The translations under genes and the position numbers were made by a program. This document shows positions 10,644 through 21,177 of a DNA stretch of 64,000 bases, piece after piece. Below the pieces are notes generated by a model. The model was not told the DNA's origin and searched no databases. It saw only the letters and a program-made list of their open reading frames with translations. How positions within the stretch are numbered: the first letter of the stretch is position 1; the number at the start of each line of letters is the position of its first letter. This stretch comes from Vicinamibacteria bacterium (lineage in GTDB: Bacteria; Acidobacteriota; Vicinamibacteria; Marinacidobacterales; Marinacidobacteraceae), in assembly GCA_964291235.2 (NCBI GenBank), contig OZ219816.1, positions 512,001-576,000 of the forward strand. The letters are read 5' to 3'.

Positions 10644-11146
10644 ATGACCGCACTGGACTACGCGCTTGAGTGGATCAAGGGGGAGTTGATCGAAGGGCGG
10701 TTGTCATCGGATTCGGGCTCGTTCCATTGGCTGGTGGCGGGCTCCTGCGGCAGTTGGAGGCCACTCCGGCAATGCATGCGCTGGTCCTGCCCGCGTTCGT
10801 CGCCGGGTCATTGATCGCCGCTGGCGGTGTCTCGATGGAGATCATAAACCTACGCCGCATTCGCGAATTCTCCGAGCGGTACGAGCTGGATCCGAACGGG
10901 TTCGTGGAGGGTGAGTTCCAACGGGTCCGAAGCTTCATGGGTTGGTTCCGCTACACAATCCTCGGCTCCTCGATTCTCATTGTCGGCGGACTGTCGGTCT
11001 TCCTGTTAGTCCGCGCGCCGATTGCTGGGGCGATCGGGCTGATGATGATCGTTCTGGGCGCGACCGGGCTCGTCGTCGACCACTTCTCGCGGTCACGCGC
11101 GAGCCGGTACCTTGAGCATCTCACCCTGCTTCGGGGTGACTCTTGA
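10644..11146 (+). pseudogene. Four-TM hypothetical membrane protein, apparently frameshifted near its 5' end
   Basis: MTALDYALEWIKGELIEG is in one frame; the hydrophobic body (AVVIGFGLVPL...) is in the frame of ORF 10670..11146. Confidence 0.5.
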
Positions 11147-11559
11147 TCGGCGCCAACACAGGAGCACCAGCCCAGACTACATGGGAATCGGTAGCCCGCG
11201 AGATCGGCGTGGATCCGGAAGCGCTCCGGGCGACCATCCGGCTGGTGCCCGACGTGGAATCGCTGGACCCTCCCCGAACCGTGGATGGGCCTCCGCTGCG
11301 GAACCTGCTGGCAGACGCGGGATCAACGGATCCGTGCGACGCCGCAGCGCGGGCGGAGGAGCGCAGCCGGATGAGGGTGGCGGTTTCCCATCTTCCGCCG
11401 CGCCTGCGGCATGTCGTGGAGCGACGCTACGGATTCGGCAGCTCGGGTGAGGCCAGCCTCACGGAGATCGGGCGCGAACTCCAGATCTCGGCGGAGAGGG
11501 TGCGCCAGCTCCAAGGCAAGGCGATGGTCATGCTCTCGCGCGAGCTTCGGCACGCCTGA
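11143..11559 (+). pseudogene. Sigma-70 regions 3-4 fragment, paralogous to 54971-55990
   Basis: VAREIGV...SLD...LPPRLRHVVERRYGF...SLTEIGRELQISAERVRQLQGKA. Region 2 is missing. Confidence 0.8.
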
Positions 11560-11764
11560 TCCCCCGGCCCGGCTTAGCACCGCCCGCGCGCCGTACTATC
11601 CCCATCCCCCCCCGGCCACGTTCTGCCTCACGCTCCGCTACAGCAGAAGCGACCAGATCGAAGGCCGGCGAACCATTGACACAACCCCCCTCTCTGGGGC
11701 AGGAGAGCACCGTCATACGGCCGGCGTGGCGCGGGGGTCATCGGCCAACGGCGAACCCAAGACC

Positions 11765-12000
11765 ATGGCCGCTGTGGACCTGCCCGGTGGACCCACCGCG
11801 CTCCTGGACCGGACGCGGGGGCATCTCGCCACCCATCTCGGCGGCGAACACCCCCTGACTCTCAGCGGCAGCACCGCGCTCATTGCCCGGCGGGAGCATC
11901 CGTGGACCCACGATCTGGACTTCTGCATCGAGGCCGGTCCCTACGCGCGGCTCCACGGGAACGAGTTACGACTTTCTCGGAGTCCCCTCGAGCATCAGGG
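11765..12000 (+). pseudogene. AbiEii-like nucleotidyltransferase fragment
   Basis: LTLSGSTALIARREHPWTHDLDF resembles the GGTAL..HR.S.D.DF motif, but is degenerate and truncated. Confidence 0.5.
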
Positions 12001-12031
12001 CACTGGACAATGAATGTGGTATTTTCGCCGC

Positions 12032-12283
12032 ATGAAGGCTATACAGGTCACTCTGGACGAGGATCTGCTCCACGATCTGGACGCCGACGAACGGGTTCGG
12101 CAGATTGGCCGGTCGGCGCTCTTGCGCCAGTTGGCGCGCGATTACATCCGCTGCGAGCGAGAACGCCGGATCGACGAGCAGTATGCGCGGGCCTACGGAG
12201 AGGGCCGCGGGATGGACGCCGAGTGGGAGGATTGGGAGGACAGCGGCGACTGGCCGTCCGACACCCACGAGGGTGGGAAGTGA
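12032..12283 (+). CDS. Ribbon-helix-helix antitoxin
   Basis: MKAIQVTLDEDLLHDLD...GRSALLRQL, acidic tail, GTGA overlap with the toxin. Confidence 0.8.
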   Translation: MKAIQVTLDEDLLHDLDADERVRQIGRSALLRQLARDYIRCERERRIDEQYARAYGEGRGMDAEWEDWEDSGDWPSDTHEGGK

Positions 12284-12636
12284 TTCGGCGAATCCGCCGC
12301 GGCGACATCCGGTCCTATCCCCGGGACACGGGAGACGGGCAGCGGCTCGTGGTGGTGCTCGCCCGTAACGGAGCGATCCCGTTCCTGCGGGGCATCATGG
12401 TGGCTCCGGTGACGACGACCATCCGCGGGTTGCCCTCGGAGGTGAAGCTCGGTGAGAACTTTGGGCTTGAAGCACCAGCGGCGCTGAATCTGGACGCTGT
12501 GATGACAGTATCGCCCTCAATGCTGGGAGAGGCCCTCGGCCGCCTCGGGGCCGGCGAACTCGACAAGGTCTGTGCGGCTCTGCAGGTCGCCCTCGGCTGC
12601 GAGCCGGAAGCCTGTGGCGGGCGGTGGCGGGCCTGA
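12280..12636 (+). CDS. PemK/MazF-family endoribonuclease toxin
   Basis: IRRGDI...RLVVVL...VAPVTTTIRGLPSEV.L...GL....ALNLD...LGRL...VCAALQVALGC. The GTG start overlaps the antitoxin stop. Confidence 0.85.
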   Translation: MIRRIRRGDIRSYPRDTGDGQRLVVVLARNGAIPFLRGIMVAPVTTTIRGLPSEVKLGENFGLEAPAALNLDAVMTVSPSMLGEALGRLGAGELDKVCAALQVALGCEPEACGGRWRA

Positions 12637-12851
12637 CGGATGAGGACCCATCGACGCGCCGGAACACGGCTTGTCGAACCGGCGGCAGCCCGGCGGTGAC
12701 CGGCCACTAGGTGTGTAAACCCACCAGGTTGTTCAGTGGCAGGTTGAGAGATTGGATGGGGGGTTGGTAGTTCAAGCTGGCGTGGGGGCGGTGCCAGTTG
12801 TATCGATGCAACCAGAGGGGCAAGTGAGCGGGGTCGCCGTGCATACGTCCG

Positions 12852-13075
12852 TTAGAATTGGCCCTGCGTCCGCATCTCGCCAAGTTCGTCGTGCTGGTGG
12901 CCTCCGGCCTCGCGAGTCAGGTTCCGTGCGTCCGGACGTTCGCCACCATCTCCAGCCGAAGCAATGCCCCGTCGTTCAAGACCGCATCCGACACGAACTC
13001 CCGCCCATAGAAAGAGTTCTTCCGGATGTAGCGGATCGGACGCTTCACCTTCCCCTTCGTCTGCGGCCAGCACCC
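12852..13075 (-). pseudogene. IS21-family transposase (IstA) fragment
   Basis: PQTKGKVKRPIRYIRKNSFYGREF...LN...VANVRTHGT. An additional IS-end-like relic probably lies at 12710-12850. Confidence 0.8.
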
Positions 13076-13117
13076 AACTCTTGTAGATGTCCAAGCCGAG
13101 GAGGCTGACGGAATATC

Positions 13118-14326
13118 ATGACCCATCCGACGCGTTGTCTTGTCTTTCGTCCGGCGAACGCATTCGTCCGTGTTCTCGGGCTCGTCTTGGTGGCCGCGGT
13201 GTCCGGGCTCGCGGCCCCTTCTGAAGCAGCACAGCGGTCTCGGGATCGCCCGGTCATTCACTTCGTGGCCTCTGGCGGGTTCGTGTTCTCCGCCGCGCGC
13301 ATCACAGTGGACGTTCGGCTCGAGCAGGGAGCGCGGCTGAACGTCACCCTCACCTCTCCCTCCGGAGCCAGCGAGACCCTCCCGATGGACCGCGACGAAG
13401 AGCGCCATTCATGGACGGGTCAATTGGACCAGGCCGGCACCTGGCGGGCGGAAGCCACGGTGAGCGGAGTGGGCTCTCCGCAGTCGGCAAGTGCCGCCGT
13501 TTCCCTCGACGAAGGTGCGCCGACCTGCTCGCTGACGATCAGCGCGCCCGAGCAAGCGACCCACTATCTCACCGCCGAGTTCGCAGTGAACAGTTGCGAC
13601 GCCAGCGCCACCACCGGCGAGATTGCGACCCGCTACATCACCGTTCTTCAGGACGGGGTGCAGATCTCGACCCTTGACGCCAGCAACCAGTGCGAACGCC
13701 GGTTCATCCTCCCGGGGGACGGGAACTACGAGGCCACCGTGACCGTCGCGGACGATCGAGGCGTCACCGCTACCTGCAGCAGCGCTGACGTCGGCGTGGA
13801 CGCTCTCCGCACGCGTATGTGGCCTTCGGTTGATCTGGGCGGCGGCCTTTACCGCGCCAAGCGTCCCGACATCGCGTCCGCGGATCCGTCCAGTCTGCTG
13901 GCCGGCGGCGCCGGGGCGCTCACGATCGCGCACCGGCCGGCCGAGGTGCGGACCCGCACCCTCATGTTGCGCGTTGCGGGCGGGCTCGCCCATAACCGCT
14001 GGGGGGGGTCGTCGTTTGACGTGATCCTCACCCAGCAGACCGAGGGAGGGTTCTTCGGGGCCGGCGCGGGGTTCTGGGCGCCGGGCGATCCGGACATCAT
14101 GGACGCCGGGATCTTCGCCACCGCGGGGTTCAACCTGCCCATCTACTACCAGGCCGGCCGGACGCAGGTCTTCACTGAGTTGCGCCTGTTCGCCAGGCAG
14201 GTTACGGAGGTACAGGACAACTTCTCCGGGGTGGTGGGCATCCGGTTCAACCTGCGGCCCACCCACAAGATCCGAGCGCGTCCGCGAAGAGGTGCCAGCG
14301 GGTCAAGACCCGCTGATCGACGGTAG
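13118..14326 (+). CDS. Secreted protein with Ig-like/PKD-like beta domains and a C-terminal beta-barrel-like region
   Basis: Signal peptide (..LAAPSEA), GTWRAEATV and GNYEATVTVADDRG Ig-like strands, amphipathic C-terminal strands ending GIRFNL. Confidence 0.55.
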   Translation: MTHPTRCLVFRPANAFVRVLGLVLVAAVSGLAAPSEAAQRSRDRPVIHFVASGGFVFSAARITVDVRLEQGARLNVTLTSPSGASETLPMDRDEERHSWTGQLDQAGTWRAEATVSGVGSPQSASAAVSLDEGAPTCSLTISAPEQATHYLTAEFAVNSCDASATTGEIATRYITVLQDGVQISTLDASNQCERRFILPGDGNYEATVTVADDRGVTATCSSADVGVDALRTRMWPSVDLGGGLYRAKRPDIASADPSSLLAGGAGALTIAHRPAEVRTRTLMLRVAGGLAHNRWGGSSFDVILTQQTEGGFFGAGAGFWAPGDPDIMDAGIFATAGFNLPIYYQAGRTQVFTELRLFARQVTEVQDNFSGVVGIRFNLRPTHKIRARPRRGASGSRPADRR

Positions 14327-14928
14327 CGGCGGCTGGTTCTCCTGCGTTCGCTGTTGGCGCTTCGGTCTCGCATCGCGGGTGTTCCGCCGGGTTCAACTGC
14401 GGGGCTCTGGCGAACCTAGAACAGCCTGAAGTGCCCCCGCACGGCGGGGTCCGGAATCGTGAGCCCCACCCCGGGGGAGCAGAAAACAGGAACAACTCTC
14501 AGAATGCCTCTCCGGCGCGCGGCAATACTTATGCGCGCCGGAGGCTGCGCGAATTCCCCGAGAGTCATGAGCTGGTTCCAGAGTTCAACGCGTTGGAGTA
14601 TCCTCTGTTCACACGCTTTGCTAGGTTCCCCGTCCCCTCCGGGCATGCATCGGCATGGTGAGCCGGACCACCAAGCGCGATTTGCCTTACGACGACTGGC
14701 ACCTACCGGCACCACCGAACGCAACCCGTGAACGCCTACCCGTCGCGCCGCCATCGGAACCACTACCGCTGCGAAGAGGAGCTGGCCGTCCGCGGCGATC
14801 ACCTCATGTCATCCGGTCGGGAATCGGAGGGCCACCGACAATGCACCTGACACGGCCGGAGGCCGCGGCGTCCCATTTGGGACACACTCTGGAGAGCTAG
14901 CGTTGTTGCAAGGGGAGGCGACCGCGTA

Positions 14929-17900
14929 ATGAAGATGACTCTTTGGGTCTTGGGGTTCCTGATGGCACCCTCGCTCATCGCTGCCCAGGATGGCGGCATA
15001 TCGGGCACGGTGACGGACTTTGGCGGCGGAGCGCTGCCCGGGGTGACGGTCGAGGTGTCCGGTCCGGCACTGGCCGGCCCGCAGGTAGCGGTGACCGACC
15101 GCCGCGGAGCGTTCGCGCTGGCGGAGTTGCCTCCCGGCGACTACGTCGTCACCTTCGCCCTCGCCGGATTCGAGCAACTGGAGCGCGAGGTGGAGCTGGC
15201 CGCGGGGGCCACCGCGACGGTTGACGCGGAACTACAGCTCGGCGGGCTCTTCGAGGAAGTCACCGTGTCGGTGACCGGCACCGCCATCGAGGCGCCCGCC
15301 ATCAACATGCCGCACGCCGTGACGGTGGTCAGCCGCGAGACCCTGGAGCAGCAGGGAAGCACGCAGCTCGTGGATCTCTTCCGGAACCTGACGGTCAGCC
15401 ACGGCGTGGTCGGCGAACGGAACAGTTGGTACAACTCGAACCAGCCGGCGACCCTCACCGAGAACGTGGCCAACGTCAACCTGCGGGGCCTGGGCGCGTC
15501 GCGGACCCTCGTGCTCATCAACGGCCGGCGCCAGGTGCCGGTCCCGGCGCGCCTGATCGGCGGGCGCTTCGTGGACGTGAACACGATCCCCTCGATCGCC
15601 GTAGGCCGGCTCGAGGTGCTGAAGGAGGGCGCGTCGGCGACCTACGGTTCGGACGCGGTCGGCGGGGTCGCCAACTTCGTGACCCGCAGCGACTTCCGGG
15701 GCTTCGAGATCAACGTCGCGCACGACTACTTCGACGGCGGGGGCGACACCTCCGTCGCCGGCATCTGGGGATTCGACATGGGTTCCTCCAGCGCCGTCTT
15801 CTCCATGGAGCGGGTCGGCCGCCAGGAGCTGCAGATGTCGGAGCGGCCCTGGACGCTCGACCGCCTCAGCGAGTACCCCCCGGGGACCCGCGGGGGCTGG
15901 TCGAGCCTGGGCAACCCCGGGAACCTTCGCGGTGGGCGCGCCGGCGCCGTGGACCGCCGATGTCTTCGATCCCCGCTGCACCGATTTCGGCGGTATCGAC
16001 GAAGGCTGGACCTGCCGGTTCCGCTACGCCCCGTACGACAACCTGATTGACGAGTAGCAACAGACCCGCGCGTTCGCCGAGATCAACGGTCCCCTGGGCG
16101 AAGGGATCGAGTACCACATCGAGGGACTGTGGGCCGACGCCGTCATCCCGAACTGGTACACGACTCCGTCGTATCCACCGTTCCCGCTCACCAGCACGAC
16201 GGTCATGGAGGTCGGGGCCGACCATCCGGGCCGCCAGGCGTTTTGCGCCGTTTACGGCGGGGACCCGAAGGCCGATCCGAACGGCGCCTGCCTGGAAGGC
16301 TCCCCCTGGTACCTCAACGGCCGCCCGTACGGGAACTCTGGGCCCGGGCGCCGGCTGCGCCGCGAGTCGCGCACCCAGCGCGTCGCGGGTTCGCTGCACG
16401 GCGAGTTCATGGCGGGCGAACGGGACCTCCACTGGGACGCCGGCGTCAGCTACTCGCGGGCGCAGGGCAACCTGAACCTGCCGGCGGTCTATACGGACCG
16501 GATCTTCCGCGCCTTCCGCGGCTTCGGCGGCCCCAACTGCGGTGTGGGGGTGCAGGCGGACCACACCTCACCGGCGGGCATGACGCTCGGGCCGCTGGGC
16601 GGCGCGGTGGCCGGCCAGGGTCCCTGCATGTACTACAACCCCTTCAGCAACGCGGTCCAGTTCTCCGATCAGCCGGGATCGATCCTCGAGAACACCGCCA
16701 ACCCGGATTACGTCGCCGCACTGGCCAACTCCGAGGACCTGCGGCTGTGGCTCAACGAGGAAGTGGACCTGTTCAGCACCTCGGACATGTTCGTGGCCGA
16801 TCTCACGCTGAGCGGCAACCTCGTCGAGGATGTGGCCGACTTCGCCATCGGGTACCAGTACCGCCGGATGGAGGCCAATGGCAACCCGAACGACCCCGGA
16901 GACGTGACCGTCAACCCCTGTCAGGTGGCGGGCGACACGACCTGCGCGCCGGGGAGGCGGTTCGGGCCCTACCTGTTCACGAACGTCCACCGGCCCTACG
17001 ACGCGAGCCAGCAGGTGCAGCGGATGTTCGGTGAGCTGGCGGTCAAGGTCGGCTCCCGTCTCGACACCCAACTCGCCGCCAACTACGAGTTCTACAACGT
17101 CGCCGGCAGCCGGGTGGACAGCTTCGACCCGAAGATCGGCTGGCGCTTCCAGGCGGCCGAGAACCAGGACTTCTCGCTGTCCTTCCGCGGCTCGGCGCAG
17201 ACGACCTTCAGGACTCCCTCGCTCGACGACCTGAACACCAGCCCGCTGACGACCCTCGAATGGATCTCGGAGACCGGCGCCTACCAGGCGGTGGACCGCT
17301 TCGGGCGCACGGATCTGCTCCCGGAGCGGGCGTTCACCTACAACGCCGGCGTCGTCCTGTTCCTCGCCGGGGGCGTGGAAGCGACGGTGGACTACTGGAC
17401 CTACGACTTCGAGAACGTGATCGGGTCCATGCCCTACGACTCGATCTCGAGCCTCTACGCGGGCGGCGACGAGGCCACCCGGAACGCGGTGGCGCCGTTC
17501 ATCATCTGTCCCGGCGGCCGGGCCTCGGAACTGGCGATGGCGGACCGCTGCGACGCGCAGAACCTCCAGCGCATCCAGATCGACCTGGTGAACTGGCCGG
17601 GACTCACCACCTCGGGGATCGACACCCACCTGGCGGCCCGCACCGACGCGGGGCCGGGACAGCTCTCGCTCAGTTGGGATTCCACCTACACGCTCCGCTA
17701 CGACACCAGGGAGCTGCTGCTCGAGGGCACCGACCTGGTGCTCCGCGAGGAAGAGGAGGCCGCCGGTTTCCTGAACTTCGCGCACCCGATCGCGGTGCCC
17801 CTGCCCCGCTGGAAGAGCCGCTGGTCGGGCGCCTACGCCTGGGATCAATTCCGGCTGGCGAGCTACGTGAACTACATCTCGTCCTACGAGGATCAGGGGG

Positions 17901-18121
17901 ACGACGAGATCGTGCCCCTCATCGAGCCGTTCCTCACCTGGGACGTGAGCCTCCTGTGGCGCGGTCCCGGCGGGGTGAACCTCACGGTCTACGGGATGAA
18001 CCTGACCGGGCGGGTTCCCCCGTGGGTCAACATCGAACAGGCCTTCGACGGCTTCACCCACGACGCGAAGGGACGCCGGATCAAGGCGGCGCTGAGCTGG
18101 CGGTTCGGGAGCTGGCGGTAA
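14929..18121 (+). pseudogene. TonB-dependent receptor, disrupted by a frameshift at ~15920 and an in-frame TAG at 16055-16057
   Basis: Carboxypeptidase-regulatory N-domain (ISGTVTD..GALPGVTV), plug (VNLRGLGASRTLVLINGRR, LEVLKEGASATYGSDAVGGVANF), barrel ending LSWRF. Confidence 0.9.
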
Positions 18122-18564
18122 GCTGGCCATCGCTCGCGGCAGGATACTCACCGACGCTAAGCGCGGCGTAGAATGGCCTACCCGGCGAGTTCGATCGCGG
18201 AGCGTTGCAAATGAGTATCAATCCTGCTGATCGTGCCGCTCCCGAACGTGCCGCAATGGGCAGTTCGCTCGAATCCTGCGGGATGTTCGAGGGGTCCGAT
18301 TTCATCGGCATGGGACCGGAGAGTGTGAACCGAGTGCGGCGACGCACCTCCATTCTCCGAGGCCATCTACCGCGTCCGAGTCGCACCCAGATCGCAATCC
18401 CCCCTCGCGTCACGGGCACTGAGGTCGGCGATCCCGGCAGACGAGACAGCGACAGACGATAGGGCACCACAGGGGAGCCTGAGCGCACCACACCACCGCC
18501 CGGGGGTGGCACGCGGACGTGCCGACTCAGCCGACTTGCAGGTTCGTTGAAAGGCGGCGATTGT

Positions 18565-19383
18565 TCAACCGAACGTACGACGAAGCACGAATTCGTAGAT
18601 CCCGTCGCCGAACCATTTCCGGATGAAGAGCATCGGTCGCGCTGCCGCGCCTTTGACGTAGCGCCGTCGCGGTTTGGCGGTCGTCACTGCCTCAATGAAC
18701 ACGCGGGCGAGAACCTCGGCGTCGGTGCCGCGGTTTGCGGCTTTGGGATCGGACATCATGGTGAAGAAGCGATCGAGTTGCGCCTGATACGCGGAGCCCG
18801 CGTAGTACTTCTGGAGCCCGCCTCCCAGGACCTGCCCGAATTCAGTCCGAATGAGACCCGGCTGGATGAGAACGACCTGAATATTGAAGGGCGCGGTCTC
18901 GATCCGCAGGCAGTCTGACCAACCTTCCAAAGCGTGCTTGGTCGCGTGATACCAAGCCCCGAAGGGAGTGAATATCCGCCCGCCCATGGACGATGTGTTG
19001 ATGATCCGTCCGGAGCCCTGTGCTCGCATGTGCGGCAGGACCAAACAAGTGAGGTGGGCGAGGCCGAAGAGGTTTACCTCGAACTGATACCTCGCGTCCT
19101 CAAGCGGGATATCCTCGACCGGCCCGTAGAGGCCGAAGCCGGCGTTGTTGATCAGCACGTCGATGCGGCCCTCCCCGTCGATGATCCGGGCCACCGCCCG
19201 TTCGTTGTCTTCGGGCTGGGTGACATCCATTGCGACCGAGATGATTCCCTCTGCGGAAAGGGCCTGCATGCGGTCCAGCCGGCGGGCACCGGCGTAAACG
19301 CGGTGGCCGGCGCGGGCGAGGACTATTGCGGCTTCACGGCCCATCCCAGACGAAGCCCCAGTGATCAGGATGGTCTTGCTCAT
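18565..19383 (-). CDS. Short-chain dehydrogenase/reductase
   Basis: TGASSGMG, NNAG, YHATK. Confidence 0.95.
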   Translation of the reverse strand: MSKTILITGASSGMGREAAIVLARAGHRVYAGARRLDRMQALSAEGIISVAMDVTQPEDNERAVARIIDGEGRIDVLINNAGFGLYGPVEDIPLEDARYQFEVNLFGLAHLTCLVLPHMRAQGSGRIINTSSMGGRIFTPFGAWYHATKHALEGWSDCLRIETAPFNIQVVLIQPGLIRTEFGQVLGGGLQKYYAGSAYQAQLDRFFTMMSDPKAANRGTDAEVLARVFIEAVTTAKPRRRYVKGAAARPMLFIRKWFGDGIYEFVLRRTFG

Positions 19384-19740
19384 AGGATGGGTCCTTTCCC
19401 GCGCTTTCAGTCCGGGTGAGGCAGTCGCGAACCTCGGCCCGGGGGTTTGCGGGCTAGGATTCGGGTGCGCGTGGTCATCCAGTGAGGCTCAGGGCGGCGA
19501 ACGGAACGCCAGTCTGTGAGACTGTCGAAACAATCGCGCGGGCCAACTCGGGATTAACTCCGGCTTGGACGCCGCGCTCGGCGATGGCGGCGGCATCGAT
19601 AAGCCATCAGGATCTCCTACGCTGGAGTGTATCGGAGGGGTTACGACAATCCTACCCTTGTGCGAACCCTCTGCCCCGTCGTCCCGAGTGCTCCTTGAGG
19701 GCTTCGGGCAACAAGCCACTGTCGATGGGATGTCATGAAG

Positions 19741-19960
19741 TCACGAGGCAGGGAGGATGACGTACACGACGGGCAGCAACGTGTCTAGAACCGCGCTGGA
19801 CCATGCATACACTCGCCTCCCCTGCTCGCCGTAGCCCTCCATCGCGGCGACGACCTCCGGGTAGGTGTATCCCGCCTTCACGTCGAGCATTTCACCCCCG
19901 TTGGGCAGGGCGGGGAACACAGCGAGGAGGGGCACGAGCACCGCTACCAGCGCGGCACTG
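19741..19960 (-). pseudogene. Membrane-protein fragment
   Basis: MLDVKAGYTYPEVVAAMEGYGEQGRRVYAW..LDTLLPVVY. Truncated at both ends near the left edge of the conjugation module. Confidence 0.4.
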
Positions 19961-20200
19961 AGCGGTGCCGGCAGCGTAGACCGCCAGGAAGTGGTCGAAA
20001 GGTTCGCCGGTGCGCCCGTCTCCACGGTGCCAGACGCGCCCGCCGGGCAGCGCGGCAAACAGCAACGGCCAGGCGGCGGCGCTCGCGAGCATGGTTGCCA
20101 GGTCGGAGTCGGGGTTGCTCCAGGCTGCGACCAGCGCGGCCCAGCCGACCAGGACGCAGGCGACCGAGACCGCGAGCAGGTAGACGGCGGGGCGGGTCAA
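19892..20200 (-). CDS. Small hypothetical membrane protein coupled to virB11
   Basis: The TTG start overlaps the virB11 stop. Two hydrophobic segments; the C-terminus may be chimeric. Confidence 0.35.
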   Translation of the reverse strand: MTRPAVYLLAVSVACVLVGWAALVAAWSNPDSDLATMLASAAAWPLLFAALPGGRVWHRGDGRTGEPFDHFLAVYAAGTAQCRAGSGARAPPRCVPRPAQRG

Positions 20201-21177
20201 GGTCCGGTCGGCGCGCCCGCTGCGGCGTCCTCGATGGTCCAGCTGTTGTCCTCGACCTGCCACCCGCGGACGTAGATCCCGTTCTCGACGACGCGGCGGC
20301 CGCGGATGCGGGCGGTGTGGAGGACGAGGGCGATGCCGTCCACGACGCTGCGGCAGACGACTTCCCAGGGAAGGGCGTCCCGGGCCGCCATGGCGCAGCT
20401 CGCGAGCCGGGAGAGGGCGGAGACGGCCGTGTTGGCGTGGATGGTGGTGAGGCTGCCGCCGTGGCCGGTGTTCAGGGCCTGCAGGAGGTCGGCGGCCTCG
20501 GCGCCGCGGATCTCGCCGACCACGATGTGGTCGGGCCGATGCCGGAGCGAGTGCTTCACGAGGCTCCGGACGGTGACGGGCCGGGTGTGCGTGTCCGCCG
20601 TGTCCGCTTCGCGGGCTTCGAAGCGCACGGTGTTTGGCTGCTCGATGCGCAGTTCCAGGGTGTCCTCGATCGAGACGATGCGCTCGTCCGGCGGGAGCAG
20701 CCCGATGAGGGCGTTGACGACGGTTGTCTTGCCGGTTCCGGTGCCTCCGGAGACGAGGATGTTGCGGCGGGCGGCCAGGGTCTTTCTGGCGGCCGTCATG
20801 AGAGCAGGGGGCAGCGAGCCGGCGCTGACGAGGTCCTCCGCGGTGAAGGCGCGCTTGCCGAAGCGGCGGATGGTGATGGCGACGTGGGGCGACGCCGGCG
20901 GGACGCAGATGGCGACGCGGGAGCCGTCCTCGAGGCGCGCATCGATGGTGGGCGAGACCTTGGGATCCAGCCCGAGCGGGCGGGCGATGTGGATGGCCGC
21001 CCGCTCGAGGGTGTCCCTGTCGAGCTTCGGGGCGTCGGCGGGGCGGAGACCCTGCCCTGTCCGCTCGACCCAGACGTTGTGCGGGCCGTTGATCATGAGT
21101 TCGGAGACGGCCATGTCGGCGAGGATGTCCTCGAGCCCGGGCAGGAACGGGCTGAGCCGGTCGATCCCGGTGCTCAT
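20197..21177 (-). CDS. virB11: VirB11/TrbB/CpaF-family secretion ATPase
   Basis: SELMING, IDARLEDGSRV, ITIRRF, GGTGTGKTT, IEDTLEL, LRHRPDHIVVGEIRG, LNTGHGGSLTTIHA. ATGA overlap with the coupling-protein stop. Confidence 0.9.
   Translation of the reverse strand: MSTGIDRLSPFLPGLEDILADMAVSELMINGPHNVWVERTGQGLRPADAPKLDRDTLERAAIHIARPLGLDPKVSPTIDARLEDGSRVAICVPPASPHVAITIRRFGKRAFTAEDLVSAGSLPPALMTAARKTLAARRNILVSGGTGTGKTTVVNALIGLLPPDERIVSIEDTLELRIEQPNTVRFEAREADTADTHTRPVTVRSLVKHSLRHRPDHIVVGEIRGAEAADLLQALNTGHGGSLTTIHANTAVSALSRLASCAMAARDALPWEVVCRSVVDGIALVLHTARIRGRRVVENGIYVRGWQVEDNSWTIEDAAAGAPTGP

Noticed and set aside
11665-11700. A further att arm (AACCATTGAC)
   Set aside because: Only ~10 bp match. The core, the GTTTACGG half-site and the GGCCCCC pair are absent.
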